Positions 12,953 to 25,586 of a DNA stretch of 64,000 nt are shown here, one piece after another (within the stretch, counting starts at the first letter, position 1; the number at the start of each line of letters is the position of its first letter). Source of the stretch: Heterodontus francisci (Eukaryota); assembly GCF_036365525.1 (NCBI RefSeq), contig NC_090373.1, positions 52,543,339 to 52,607,338 of the forward strand, given 5' to 3'. The notes beneath the pieces were generated by a model that was not told where the DNA came from, made no database searches, and worked only from the letters and a program-made list of their open reading frames with translations. The translations under genes and the position numbers were made by a program.

Positions 12953-13495
12953 ATTGATTATAATAATTCTAGAAAATAAAATTCAACATTTCTAATGCCC
13001 ATTACAAAAAAGTCATCAGGCTTGTTTGATAAAACTACGGAATAAGTTACAGGTGCTGATATTTTTTTTTACAACTGGTGATCTACTGTGGTGCTGCTCA
13101 TGAACAACAATAAATGAATTATAATAAGTTAATGGGCCCTGGCATTGTTTAAGGGAAGTTGCAAGATACTGTGTTTTACAGGAAGTAGATATATGATGAG
13201 GTTAGTGATAGTAAGTGATGTACTGTTATGCTCCCAAAACAGAGACAGTTGGGGCATAATGGCATGTGAAGTTTAGTGATCAGTCCTGATCAATGCAAGT
13301 GTCAGTCGCGGCTCAGTTGGTAGCAGTCTTGGCTCCGAGTCTAAAGGTTTTGGGATCAGGTCCCACTGCAGAAACCTGAGCGCGTAATGCAGGCTGCCAC
13401 TCCAATGCCATACTGAGGGATTGTTGTGCTGTCAGAGGTACCGTCTTTCAGATTAGGTGTTACAGTGAGGCCCTGACTGCTCTCTCTGATGCATG

Positions 13496-16400
13496 CTGAG
13501 TGAGAGGAGCAGAGGTTCAAAAAGTGTGTCAAGCCAGTCAGAGAGAGAGGGAGGGAGGGAGGAGCGGAGATTCAAAAAGCGCACCAAGCCAGTTGGAGGC
13601 AGAGAGGAGCGGAGGTTCAAAAAGCACGCCAAGCCAGTCGGAGACAGAAAAAGAGAAGCACAGCGGGTGCAGCAGGAGCAGAGCCGGGAAAAAAAAAAAT
13701 CGGAAAGTGAGATCAAAGTGGTGTCACATTCAACAGTGAGAGCAGGGAAACAGAAACCAGCTGGGGTCAGTATTCAGGTAAGCTTTTAAATTAAATTTAA
13801 TTGAAATCAAATATAGAGTAAGACTTGACCGATTTATTATATAAACTGAAAACTAAAGCGAATTAAGAAACTAAAGACCAGTCGGAAATTTCAAAAACAA
13901 ATTAAAATCTAATAAAATAAAATAGAAATGCAGGGTCAGGCGATGTGTTGTACCTGCATGATGTGGGAGCTGGTGGACCCCATTATGGTTCCTAGTGACC
14001 ACATCTGTAGCAAGTGTTGGCTGCTCGAGGAACTCCGGCTCAGAGTTGATGAGCTGGAGTCTGAGCTTCAGACACTGCGACACATCAGGGAGGGGGAGAG
14101 TTACCTAAACACTGTTTCAGGAGACAGTCACACCCCTTAGATTAACTACCTTGAATTCGGCCAGTGGTCAGGGACAGGAAGGTGTGACTAGGATGAGACA
14201 GGTGGAGGGATCCAGGAGGTAGTGCTGCAGGAGCCTCATCCAACAGGTTCGAAATTCTTGCTTCCTGTGTGGACGAGAGCAGGAACTGTAGGGAGGATGA
14301 GCAAACTGACCATAGCACCATGGTACAGGGAGCCATTCAAGTGGGGGGAGAATAGAGAAATGTCGTCGTAGTCGGGGATAGTATAGTTCGGGGCATAGAC
14401 ACTGTTCTCTGTGGCCAGGATCAAGAGTCCCGAAGACTGTGTTGCCTACCTGGTGCCAGGCTTCGGCATATCTCATCTGGGCTGCAGAGGGACTTGGAGT
14501 GGGAGGGGAACGATCCAGTTGTCGTGGTCCACGTAGGTACAAATGATATAGGTAGAACAAGGACAGAGGTTCTGCTGAGGGAATACGAACAGCTCAGGGC
14601 TAAATTAAAAAGCAGAACCAAAAAGGTAATAATCTCCGGATTACTTCCTGAGCCACAAGCTAATTGGCACAGGGTCAATAAGATTAAAGAGGTAAATGCG
14701 TGGCTCAAAGATTGGTGGGGGAGAAATGGGTTCGAATTCATGGGACATTGGCACCAGTACTGGGGAAGGAGGGAGCTGTTCTGATGGGACGGGCTCCATC
14801 TGAAACATGCTGGAACCAGAGTCCTGGCGAATCGCATAACTAGGGCTGTAGATAGGGCTTTAAACTAAATAGTGGTGGGGGGGTGGGGGGTGGGAGGTTC
14901 AGTTGCATGGAAAATTAGGAATTCAAAGTTAATGGAGAAGGTAGGAGTGCAGGTTAGTGATGAGGCTGATTGTTACCAGAAAATAAAAGGAAGGGACAGA
15001 ACGTGTGAACGTCATATTGCACCAAAGAATCGTACAAGAGTAAGGAAATTTGACAATAGAACAAACGTAAAGGCTTTGTATCTGAATGCACGAAGCATTT
15101 GGAATAAAACAAATGAGTTAACAGCGCCAATAGACAAAAATGGGTATGATTTAGTGGTGATCACTGAGACGTGGTTGCAGGGAAACCAGGTTTGGGAATT
15201 GAATATCCAAGGGTACTCAGTATTTCAGAAGGATAGGCAGGAAGGAAAAGGAAGAGGTGTAGCTTTGTTATTAAAGAAGAGATCAGTGTTGTCATGAGAA
15301 ACGATATAGGCACTGGAGATCAAGACATAGAATCAGCGTGGGTAGAAATAAGAAATAGCAGGGGAAAGAAGTCCCTGGTGGGAGTAATCTATATGTCCCC
15401 AAACAGTAGTTCTGTAGTGGGGCACAGTATAAACCAGGAAATACTGGGGGCTTGTAAGAAAGGTATGGCAATAATCATGGGTGATTTTAATATGCATATA
15501 GACTGGATTAATCATATTGGCAAGGGTAGCCTCGATGGAGAGTTCATTGAATGCATTCGAGATTGTTTTTTGGGGCAATATGTTGTGGAACCAACCAGGG
15601 AGCAGGCTATTCTAGATTTGGTAAAGAGGTGGGATTAATTAATGATCGCATAGTTAAGGATCCTCCAGGGAAGAGTGATCATAGCATGCTATAATTTCAA
15701 ATTCAGTTTGAGGGAGAGAAACTGGAGTCCCACACTAGCGTTCTGGAGTTAAATAAAGGTAATTACATAGGGAATAGGACACATTTGGCCCTAGTGGACT
15801 GGGCAGGAAGACGAACAGGTAGGACAGCTGATGAGCAGTGGCAGATGTTTAAGGAGATATTCAATTTCTGCTATCTAAAATATATTTCAGAGAGGAAGAA
15901 AGATTCTAAGAGGGGGGAAAACTCCCTCTAAGCAAGGGAGTTAAGGATAACAAAGACAAAAATTAAGGCATACCATATTGCAAAGGCCAGTGGCAGGCTG
16001 GAAGATTGGGAAACTTTTAAAGATCAACAAAGGATTACTAAAAAAGTAATAAAAAGAGCAAAGGTAAATTATGAAAGAAAACTAGCACAAAATATAAAAA
16101 CGGATAGCAAAAGCTTCTATAAGTATATAAAAGGTAAGAGAATAGCTAAAGTGAATGTTGGTCCCTTGGAGGATGAGACTGGAGAGTTAATAGAGGGGAA
16201 CACAGAAATGGCAGAGACACTAAATCAGTATTTTGCCTCAGTTTTCACAGTGGAGGACACTAGTACCATCCCAATAGTAACAGGTAATGCAGAGGTTATA
16301 GAGAGGAACTTCGAAAAATCACCATCATTAGGGAAAAAGTACTGAGCAAACTATTGGGATGGAAGGCAGACAAGTCCCCAGGGCCTGATAGCCTACATCC

Positions 16401-17666
16401 TAGGGTCTTAAAGGAAGTGGCAGCAGAGATAGTGTATCCATTGGTTATAATATTCCAAAATTCCCTGGATGCGGGAAAGGTTCCAGTGGATTGGAAAAAA
16501 GCTAATATAACACCCTTATTCAAAAAGGGAGGGAGGCAGAAAGTAGGAAACTATAGACCAGTTAGTTTAACATCTGTCGTTGGGAAATTGTTAGAATCCA
16601 TTATTAAGGAAGTAATAACAGGACATTTAGAAAGTCAAAACGCAATCCATCAGGGTCAAGCGTGGTTTTATGCAGGGTAAATCATGTTTAATTAATTTGC
16701 TAGAGTTCTTCGAAGCTGCAACAAGCAAAGTGGATAATGGGGATCCTGTAGATGTAGTATATCTGGACTTCCAGAAGGCATTTGATAAGGTGCCCCACAA
16801 AAGGTTAATACACAAGGTAAGATCACATGGGGTTAGGGGCAATTTATTAGCTTGGATAGAAGATTGGCTAACCAACAGAAAAGAGAGAGTCGGGATATTA
16901 TTATCTAAATGGAGAGAAACTTCAGAGTGCTTCAGTGCAGAGGGATCTAGGCGCCCTCATGCATGAATCGCAGTAAGCTAGTATGTAGGTCCAGCAGGTA
17001 ATAAGAAAGACAAATGGAATTTTGGCATTTATTGTTAAAGGAATAGAGTCTAAAAGTAGGGAAGAGTTGCTGCAACTGTACAAGGCATTAGTGAGACCGC
17101 ACCTGGAGTATTGCGTACAGTTTTGGTCCCCTTACTTGAGGAGGGATGTAGTTGCATTGGAGACAGTTCAGAGGAGGTTCACTAAATGGATTCCAGGGTT
17201 GAGGGGTTTGTCTTATGAAGAGAGATTGAGCAGTTTAGGCCTTTACTCTCTAGAGTTTAGAAGAATGAGAGGAGTTCTAATTGAGGTATAGAATATGATT
17301 AAGGGGATTGACAAAGTAGATGTAGAGAGGATATTTCCTCTTGTGGAGCAATCTAGAACGAGAGGTCATAGTTTTAGGATAAGGCATAGCAGATTTAATA
17401 CAGAGATGAGGAGAAATTACTTCTCTCAAAGGGTCGTGAGTCTGTGGAATTCACTACCTCAGAGTGCGGTGGATGTCGTGAAATTGATTAAATTTGAGGA
17501 GATAGACTGATTTTTAATGAGTAAAGGGTTGAAGAGTTATGGAGAACGGGCAGGAAAGTGGAGATGAGGCCAAGATGAGATCAGCCATAATCGTATTGAA
17601 TGGTGGAGCAGGCTCGAGGGGCTGACTTGCCTACTCCTGCTCCTAGTTCTTCTGTTATGTATGTTT
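13496..17666 (+). mobile_element. Full-span CR1 LINE (5' UTR, ORF1, ORF2 with internal RT deletion, 3' UTR)
   Basis: Repetitive 5' UTR; ORF1 13928-14865; ORF2 KALYLNARSI...ITETWL...MGDFN...VYLDFQKAFDKVPH...EYCVQFWSP; tail tatgtatgtttatg; candidate TSD catg/tatg. Confidence 0.93.
13928..14864 (+). pseudogene. CR1 ORF1: Cys zinc knuckle + coiled coil + SGNH/GDSL esterase (disrupted)
   Basis: MCCTCMMW...HICSKC; LRLRVDELESELQTL; VVVGDSIVRG; CLPGA; VVVVHVGTND; DGLHL. Confidence 0.9.
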
Positions 17667-17763
17667 ATGTAAAAGCCCGTGGCACTATTTCAAAGATGAA
17701 TAGGGAAATTCTCCCAGTGCCTTGAGCAATATTTATCCCTCAAAAACAACATCACTAAAATAT

Positions 17764-17990
17764 GAGGGACAAATTGGGCTCCAGAGCACTGGTTTGATTT
17801 ATCGGCCTCCATTCGTGACATTGGGCCCCCTGTTGATGTATGCAGTCAATTAATAGTACCGGTAGCACCAGCTGCACACAAAAGTCATTTAAAAGAGCAG
17901 GCAGGACAAATTTACTTGCTGCCTGCAATGTTATGAAGAGGCGCAGGTTAATTGCACACTGCAATCCCCACACATTAGCTAAGTTCTCGT
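17764..17990. mobile_element. Short Harbinger-derived MITE inserted in the Deu-SINE
   Basis: Degenerate TIRs; internal gctgcctgc...ggttaattgcacactgcaatcccc matches the reverse complement of the Harbinger terminus at 58210-58265. Confidence 0.6.
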
Positions 17991-18355
17991 CAATTATCTG
18001 GTCATTATCACATTGCTGTTTGTGGGACCTTGCTGTGTGCAAATTGGCTGCCGTGTTTCCTACATTACAACTAGGACTATACTTCAAAAATACTTAATTG
18101 GCTGTAAAGGGCTTTTGGATGCCCTGAAAGACACAATGTAACTCAAAGTCTTTCTTTCTTTACAGGATCCAAGTCAGCAGAAAGTCAGCTGCAGAGTTGT
18201 GCGTTTTGCTATAAGGACACCTGGTGGTAACATACACCATGTGGCTGACAGAGCCAATAGAGCCAGAGGCTGTACTGATCAAGACTGTCTCTACCTTCCT
18301 CTACCTCACATAGGTACAACTACAGCAGCCAGCAAACAGGATCAGGATGAGGCAA

Positions 18356-18842
18356 TAAAAACAGAAAGTGCTGGAAGTACTCAGCAGGTCTGGCAGCATC
18401 TGTGAAGAGAGAAGCAGAGTTAACATTTCAGGTCTGTGAAACTTTCATCGGAACTGGCAAAGGTTAGAAATGTAATAGGTTTTAAGCAAGTAAAGTGGGG
18501 GTAGAGGGGAAAGAGAACAATAGGAAAGGTGTGTGATGGGACAGAGGGCTGGAGAGATTAACTGACAAGGAGGTCATGGGGCAAAGGCAAAGAGAGTGTG
18601 CTAATGGTGTGGTGAAAGACAAAGCATCAGTGCAGAGAGTGTTAATGACAGAATAATGAGAAGCACTCGCTAAAAGCACAAACATGAAAAACCCAGTTTA
18701 AGGCAGGCACATGGTTTAAAAAAAACTAAATAAAACAAAAAAGGGCCTGTCGTGCTCTGAGATTACTGAACTCAATGTTCAGTCGAAGGCTGTTGAACAC
18801 CTAATTCAGATTTCCAGCATCCGCTGTATTTTGCTTTTACTT
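18356..18842 (-). mobile_element. Penelope-like element terminal (pseudo-LTR) fragment
   Basis: aaaacagaaagtgctggaagtactcagcaggtctggcagcatc matches 57160-57600; decayed hammerhead at 18418-18455; short opposite-orientation end at 18805-18842. Confidence 0.8.
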
Positions 18843-19314
18843 CAGGTGTTGAGGCGCTCTGTTACTTGCTCGCAGCCTTACGGCTACACGTGCAGTTTGC
18901 ATTCCTTTTATTTCTGTTGTTGCTGCTTATGCCCCTATCTCTTTGGGCCTGGCTAATGAGTTGAGATGTCTTTTGAGGCTGTCCAAAGTCTTTCAGAATT
19001 TGTGTCACCCCATTGTGATTGTCGCTGTTATGATCAGGTCAGGAGGGGTAAAGAGACTTGGGACAGTTGAGCAGAGGGTGTCCTACTTGGGGTCTTTGTC
19101 TTGGATCTAGCAGCTGGCAGCTAGGCTTCACATGCCCCGCCAGACGTCATCAATAAAGACAGAGAGACACTAAGGTTCCCACTGCTGACATCTGCCATGG
19201 TGGCGGGAGACATCGGCCTCCCCTCCTGATGCCGTCCCCTGCAGTATTGTCAGCCCTTCCACCTCCCAGCCTGTCTTCAAAGGGCTGGGAAAATTCAGCC
19301 CTCTAGTGTTTTTT

Positions 19315-19997
19315 TTCAGACCAGAAGGAAGTTTATAGTAGTGCTCCCCAAGGATCTGTATTAGGACCACTGCTCTTTTTGATGTATATTAATGACCTGG
19401 ATATATAGGGCATAATTTCAAAGATTGCGGATGACTTGAAACTCAAAAGTATTAAACACTGTTGAGGATAGTAACAGACCTCAAGAGGACATAGACTGGT
19501 GATGTGGACAAACTGGTGAAATGGACAGATACATGCCCGGTGAAATTTAATGCAGAGAAATGTGTAGAGATACATTTTGGTAGGAAGATGAGGAGATGCA
19601 ATATAAAGTAAATGGCACAATTTAAAGGGGTTGCAGGAACAGAGAGACCTGGTTATGTATGTACACAAATCTTTGAAGGTGACAGGACAAGTTGAAAAGG
19701 CTGCTACCAAAGGATATGGGTCCTTGGTTTTATTAAGAGGAGTAGAGTAGAAAAGCAAGTAAGTTAATGCTAAAACTTAATAAAACACTGGTTAGGCCTC
19801 AGCTGGAGATTGTGTTAAATTCTGGACACAACACTTTAATAAGGATGTTAAGGCCTTAGAGAGGATGTGGAAGAGATTTACTAGAATGGTGCCAGGGAGG
19901 AGGGATTTCAGTTATGTGGAGGGACTGAAGAAGCGGGTGTCATTCTCTTTAGAGCAGAGAAAGTTAAGAAGTTAAGGGAGTTATTCAAAATTACAAA
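19315..19997 (+). mobile_element. CR1 RT C-terminal fragment
   Basis: PQGSVLGPLLFLMYINDL...KIADD; RDLV; RFTRMVPG, with frameshifts. Confidence 0.85.
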
Positions 19998-20420
19998 GAT
20001 ATGAATAAGGAGCAGGAAGGAGTAGGCCAATCAGCCCCTCAAGCCTCCTCCACCATTTGATAAGATCATGGCTGATCTGAATGTGGCCTCAACTCCACAT
20101 TCCTGTCTGCTCCCCATAACACTTGACTCCCTTGTCTATCAAGAAACTTACCTAACTCAGTCTTGAATATATTCAATGAACCAGCCTCCACTGCTCTGAG
20201 GAAGAGAATTCCACAGAAAAAAAAAATTCTCCTCATTTCAGTCTTAAATGGGAGACCCCTTTGTTTTTAAACTGTGTCCCCTAGTTCTAGTCTCGCCCAT
20301 AAGTGGAAATATCCTTCCAGCACCCACCCTGTCAAGTCCCCTCGGGATCTTATATGCTCCAATAAGGTCATCTCATTCTTCTAAACTCCAGTTGATACTG
20401 GCCCAACCTATTCAACCTTT

Positions 20421-23308
20421 CAAAGAACAAAGAACAGTGCAACACAGGAACAGGCCATTCGTCCCTCCAAGCCTGCGCCGATCCTGATGCCTGCCTAAAC
20501 TAACACCTTCTGCACTTCCGGGGCCCATATCCCTCTATTCCCTTCCTATTCATATATTTGTCAAGATGGCTCTTAAACGTCGCTATCGTATCTGCTTCCA
20601 CCACCTCCCCTGGCAGCAAGTTCCAGGCACTCACCACCCTCTGTGTAAAGAACTTGCCTCGCACATCCCCTCTAAACTTTTCCCCTCTCACCTTAAACCT
20701 ATGTCCCCTAGTAAACTGACTCTTCCACCCTGGGGAAAAAGCTTCTGACTATCCACTCTGTCCATGCCGCTCATAACTTTGTAAACCTCTATCATGTCGC
20801 CCCTCCACCTCCGTCGTTCCAGTGAAAACAATCCGAGTTTATCCAACCTCTCCTCATAGCTAATGCCCTCCAGACCAGGCAACATCCTGGTAAACCTCCT
20901 CTGTACCCTCTCCAAAGCCTCCACGTCCTTCTGGTAGTGTGGCGACCAGAATTGCACGCAATATTCTAAGTGTGGCCTAACTAAAGTTCTGTACAGCTGC
21001 AACATGACTTGCCAATTTTTATACTCTATGCCCCGACCGATGAAGGCAAGCATGCCGTATGCCTTCTTGACTACCTTATCCACCTGCGTTGCCACTTTCA
21101 GTGACCTGTGGACCTGTACGCCCAGATCTCTCTGCCTGTCAATACTCCTAAGGGTTCTGCCATTTACTGTATACTTCCCACCTGCATTAGACCTTCCAAA
21201 ATGCATTACCTCACATTCGTCCAGATTAAACTTCATCTGCCATTTCTCCGCCCAAGTCTCCAACCGATCTATATCCTGCTGTATCCTCTGACAATCCTCA
21301 TCATTATCCGCAAATCCACCAACCTTTGTGTCGTCCGCAAACTTACTAATCAGACCAGCTACATTTTCCTCCAAATCATTTATATATACTACAAACAGCA
21401 AAGGTCCCAGCACTGATTCCTGCGGAACACCACTAGTCACATCCCTCCATTCAGAAAAACACCCATCCACTGTTACCCTCTGTCTTCTGTGACTGAGTCA
21501 GTTCTGTATCCATCTTGCCAGCTCACCTCTGATCCCGTGTGACTTCACCTTTTGTACCAGTCTGCCATGCGGGACCTTGTCAAAGGCTTTACTAAAGTCC
21601 ATATAGACAACATCCACCGCCCTTCCCTCATCAATCATCTTCATCACTTCCTCAAAAAACTCAATCAAATTAGTGAGACACGACCTCCCCTTCACAAAAC
21701 CATGCTGTCTCTCACTAATAAGTTTGTTTGTTTCCAAATGGGAGTAAATCCTGTCCCAAAGAATCCTCTCTAATAGTTTCCTTACCACTGACGTAAGGCT
21801 CACCGGCCTATAATTTCTTGGATTATCCTTACCAAACAAAGGAACAACATTGGCTATTCTCCAGTCCTCTGGGACCTCACCTGTAGCCAATGAGGCTGCA
21901 AAGATTTCTGTCAAGGCCCCAGAAATTTCTTCCCCTGCCTCCCTCAGTATTCTAGGGTAGTTCCCTTCAGGCCCTGGGGCCTTATCTACCTTAATGCTTT
22001 GAAAGACACCCAACACCTGGGGCGGCACAGTGGTTAGCGCCACAGCCTCACAGCTCCAGCGACCCGGGTTCAATTCTGGGTACTGCCTGTGTGGAGTTTG
22101 CAAGTTCTCCCTGTATCTGCGTGGGTTTCCTCCAGGTGCTCCGGTTTCCTCCCACATGCCAAAGACTTGCAGGCTGATAGGTAAATTGGCCATTATAAAT
22201 TACCCCTCATATAGGTAGGTGGTAGGGAAATATAGGGACAGGTGGGGATGTGGTCAGAATATGGGATTAGTGTAGGATTCGTATAAATGGGTGGTTGATG
22301 GTCGGCACAGACCTGGTGGGCCGAAGGGCCTGTTTCAGTGCTGTATCTCTAAACTAAACTAAAAAAAACTAAACCTCCTCCTTTTTGATAATGAGATGAC
22401 TGAGACTATCTGCACTCCCTTCCCTCGGCTCATCACCCACCAAGTCCTTCGCTTTGGTGAATACTGATGCAAAGGACTCATTTAGCACCTCGCCCATTTC
22501 CTCTGGCTCCACGCATAGATTCCCATCTCTGTCCTTGAGTGGGCCAACCCTTTCCCTGGTTACCCTCTTGCTCTTTATATATGTATAAAAAGCCTTGGGA
22601 TTTTCCTTAATCCTGTTTGCCAATGACTTTTCATGACCCCTTTTAGCCCTCCTGACTCCTTGCTTAAGTTCCTTCCTACTGTCTTTATATTCCTCAAGTG
22701 CTTCATCTGTTCCTAGCCTTCCAGCCCTTACAAATGCTTCCTTTTTCTTTTTCACTAGGCTCACAATATCCCGTGTTATCCAAGCTTCCCGAAACTTGCC
22801 AAACTTGTCTTTCTTCCTCACAGGAACATGCTGGTCCTCGATTCTAATCAGCTGACGTTTGAAAGACTCCCACATGTCAGATGTTGATTTACCATCAAAC
22901 AGCCGTCCCAATATAAATTCTTCAGTTCCTGCCTAATATTGTTATAATTAACCTTCCCCCAATTTAGCACCTTCACCCGAGGACTACTCTTATCCTTATC
23001 CACAAGTACCTTAAAACTTAAGGAATTATGGTCACTGCTCCCGAAATGCTCACCCCCACTGAAACTTCGACCACCTGGCCGGGCTCATTCCCCAATACCA
23101 GGTCCAGAATGGCCCCATCCCTAGTTGGACTATCTACATACTGTTTCAAGAAGCCCTCCTGGATGCTCCTCACAAATTCTGCCCCATCCAAGCCCCTAGC
23201 ACTAAGTGAGTCCCAGTCAATATTGGGGAAGTTAAAATCACCCACCACTACAACCCTGTTACCTTTACATCTTTCCAAAATCTGTCTACATATCTGCTCC
23301 TCTACCTC
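20421..23308 (-). mobile_element. Younger CR1 LINE, 5'-truncated in the EN domain
   Basis: Long clean ORFs, including 20688..21470 (GVPQESVLGPLLF...KFADDTK...EYCVQFWSP), 21498.. and 22369..; gttcttt repeat tail; short TSD acct. Confidence 0.95.
22019..22370 (+). mobile_element. HE1-like V-SINE (tRNA-derived)
   Basis: ggggcggcacagtggttagc head; B box gggttcaattc; V domain gcgtgggtttcctcc.ggtgctccggtttcctcccaca; CR1-like tail plus (taaac)n; TSD acct. Confidence 0.92.
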
Positions 23309-25305
23309 CTCATTAAAAAACCTCTTCATCCCAGGAATCAGTTGAGTGAACCTTCGCTCAACTGCTTCTAATGCAATTTTCTCATTTCTTAAGGAAGGAG
23401 ACCAAAACTGTACACAGTACTCCAGATATGGTCTCACTGAGGCCTGTACAGCTGTAGCAAAACTTCTCTACTTTTATATTCTATTTCACTTGCCATAATC
23501 AACAGCATTCCATTTACCTTCCTAATCACTTGCTGCACCTGCAAAATCAACCTTTTGTGAATCATGTACCAGGACACCCAGGTATCTCTGTACTGCAGAG
23601 TTCTGCAGTTTCTCTCCATTTAAATCACATTCTGCTTTTCTATTCTTCCTGCCAAAGTGGACAAGTTCACATTTTACCACATCATACTCCATCTACCAAA
23701 TTTTTGTCTACTCACTTAACCTATCTATATCCGTCTGTAGGCTCTTTATGTCCTCTTGACAACTTACCTTCCTCCCTGTCTGTGTGTCATCTGCAAATTT
23801 AGCAACCATACATTCAGTCCCTTCATCGAAGTCATTGATGTAGATTTTCAATAGTTGAGGCCCCAGCACTGATCTCTGTGGCACTACGCCGGTTACATTT
23901 TGCCAACCCAAAAATGGCCCATTTATCCCTACTCTCTGCTTCCTGTTAGCTAACCAATCCTCTATCCATACTACTATGCTACCTTCTATACCATGAATTC
24001 TTAGTTTGTCCAGTAACCTTTGATGTGGCACCATATCGAATGCCTTTTGGAATCTAAATACACCACATCGACAGGTTCACCTTTATCCACGTTGCTTGTT
24101 ACTTCCTCAAAGACCTCTAATAAATTAATCAAACATGATTTCCCTTTCACAAAACTATGTTCATTCTGCCTGATCACATTATGATTTTCTAAATGTCCTG
24201 CTATAACATCCTCAATGATAGATTCTAGCATTTTCGCTATGACAGATGTCAGCTAATTAGCCTATAGTTTCCTGCTTTCCGTCTCCCTCCTTTCTTGAAT
24301 AGAAATGTTACATGAGCTATTTTCCAATCCGCTGGGACCTTTCCAGAATCTGGGGAACTTTGGAAGATCACATCTAATGCATCTACCATCTCTGCAGCCA
24401 CTTTTAAGACCCTGGGATGCAGGCCATCAAGTCCTGGGGACTTGTCAGCCAGCAGCTCTAATAGGTTTCCCAGTACATTTCCCCTGGTGATTGTTTTAAG
24501 TTCTTCCTTCCATTTTACCTCTTTTTTTCAAGTATCTTTGGATTTTTTTTGCGTCTTCTACAGTGAAGACCGACACAGAATACCTGTTCAATGCTTCTGC
24601 CATTTCCTAGTTACGCACAGTTAATTCTCCAGACTCGCTCTCTAAAGGACCAAAGCTCACTTGAGTTACTCTTTTCCTGTTTAAATACTTGTGGAAACTC
24701 TTAATATCTGTTTTTAGATCTCTAACTAGCTTTCTCTCATACTCTAATTTCTCCCTTATTATTTCTTTTAGTCATTCTTTGCTGGTTTTAAAATCTGTCC
24801 AATTTTCTGATCTATCACCTCGCAAAACTGTACACTTTTTCTTTCAATTTGATATTATCTTTAACTTCTTTAGTTAGCCCCGGATGGTCTTTTTTTACTC
24901 ACTGGAATATATCTGTTGATAGAAGTGAAATATCTCCTTATCTGCCACTGCTTCTCTACTGTCTTATCTTTTAACATAATTTCCCAGTTCACTTTGGCCA
25001 ACTCTGTCTTCATACACTTGTAATTGCTTTTATTTAAGTTTAAAACACTAGTCTTAGACCCACTCTTCTTACCCTCAAACTGAATGTGAAATTTTATCAT
25101 GTTATGATCACTGTTGCCTAGAGGCACCTCTATTATAAGGTCAATTATTAATCCTGTCTCATTACACATTACCAGGTTTAAAATAACCTGTGCCCAGGTT
25201 GGTTTCAGAACTTATTGTTCAGAGAAACTGTCTTTAGTACACTCTATGAACTCATCCTCCAGGCTATCTTTGCCAATCTGATACGTCCAATCTATATGCA
25301 GAGAT

Positions 25306-25586
25306 ATGCCTGTGCAGAGTTTGCAAGTTCTCCCTGTGACCGCGTGGGTTTTCGCCAGGTGTTCCAATTTCCTCCCACAGCCAAAGACTTGCAGGTTGAT
25401 AGGTAAATTGGCCATTATAAATTGCCCCTAGTATAGGTAGGTGGTAGGGGAATTGAGGGAAGGTGGGGATGTGGTAGGAATATGGGATTAATGTAGGATT
25501 AGTATAAATGGGTGGTTGATGGTTGGCACAGACTCGATGGGCCGAAGGGCCTGTTTCACTGTTGTATCTCTAAATAAAAATAAATA
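25306..25586 (+). mobile_element. 5'-truncated HE1-like V-SINE
   Basis: Same V domain and 3' tail as the 22019 copy; tRNA head missing. Confidence 0.9.

Larger units (their letters stand above)
13299..18160 (+). mobile_element. Deu-domain tRNA-SINE (SacSINE1-like) split into pieces at about 13299-13495, 17667-17760 and 17992-18160
   Basis: tRNA head with A box ggctcagttgg and B-box-like ggatcaggtccc; body gtaaaagcccgtggcactattt...; Deu-like core ttgctgtgtgcaaattggctgcc; (cttt)n tail; collinear with the unsplit copy at 56080-56515. Confidence 0.75.

Noticed and set aside
14236-14864. Host SGNH esterase gene
   Set aside because: It is the known esterase domain of CR1 ORF1, with stop codons, directly upstream of ORF2.
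20688-21470. Intact reverse transcriptase gene of a novel system
   Set aside because: It is part of a 5'-truncated, SINE-interrupted, frameshifted CR1 ORF2.
22019-22085. tRNA genes here and at 13299, 28221, 50830 and 56080
   Set aside because: These are tRNA-derived retroelement heads that continue into SINE or LINE bodies; no complete cloverleaf is evident.
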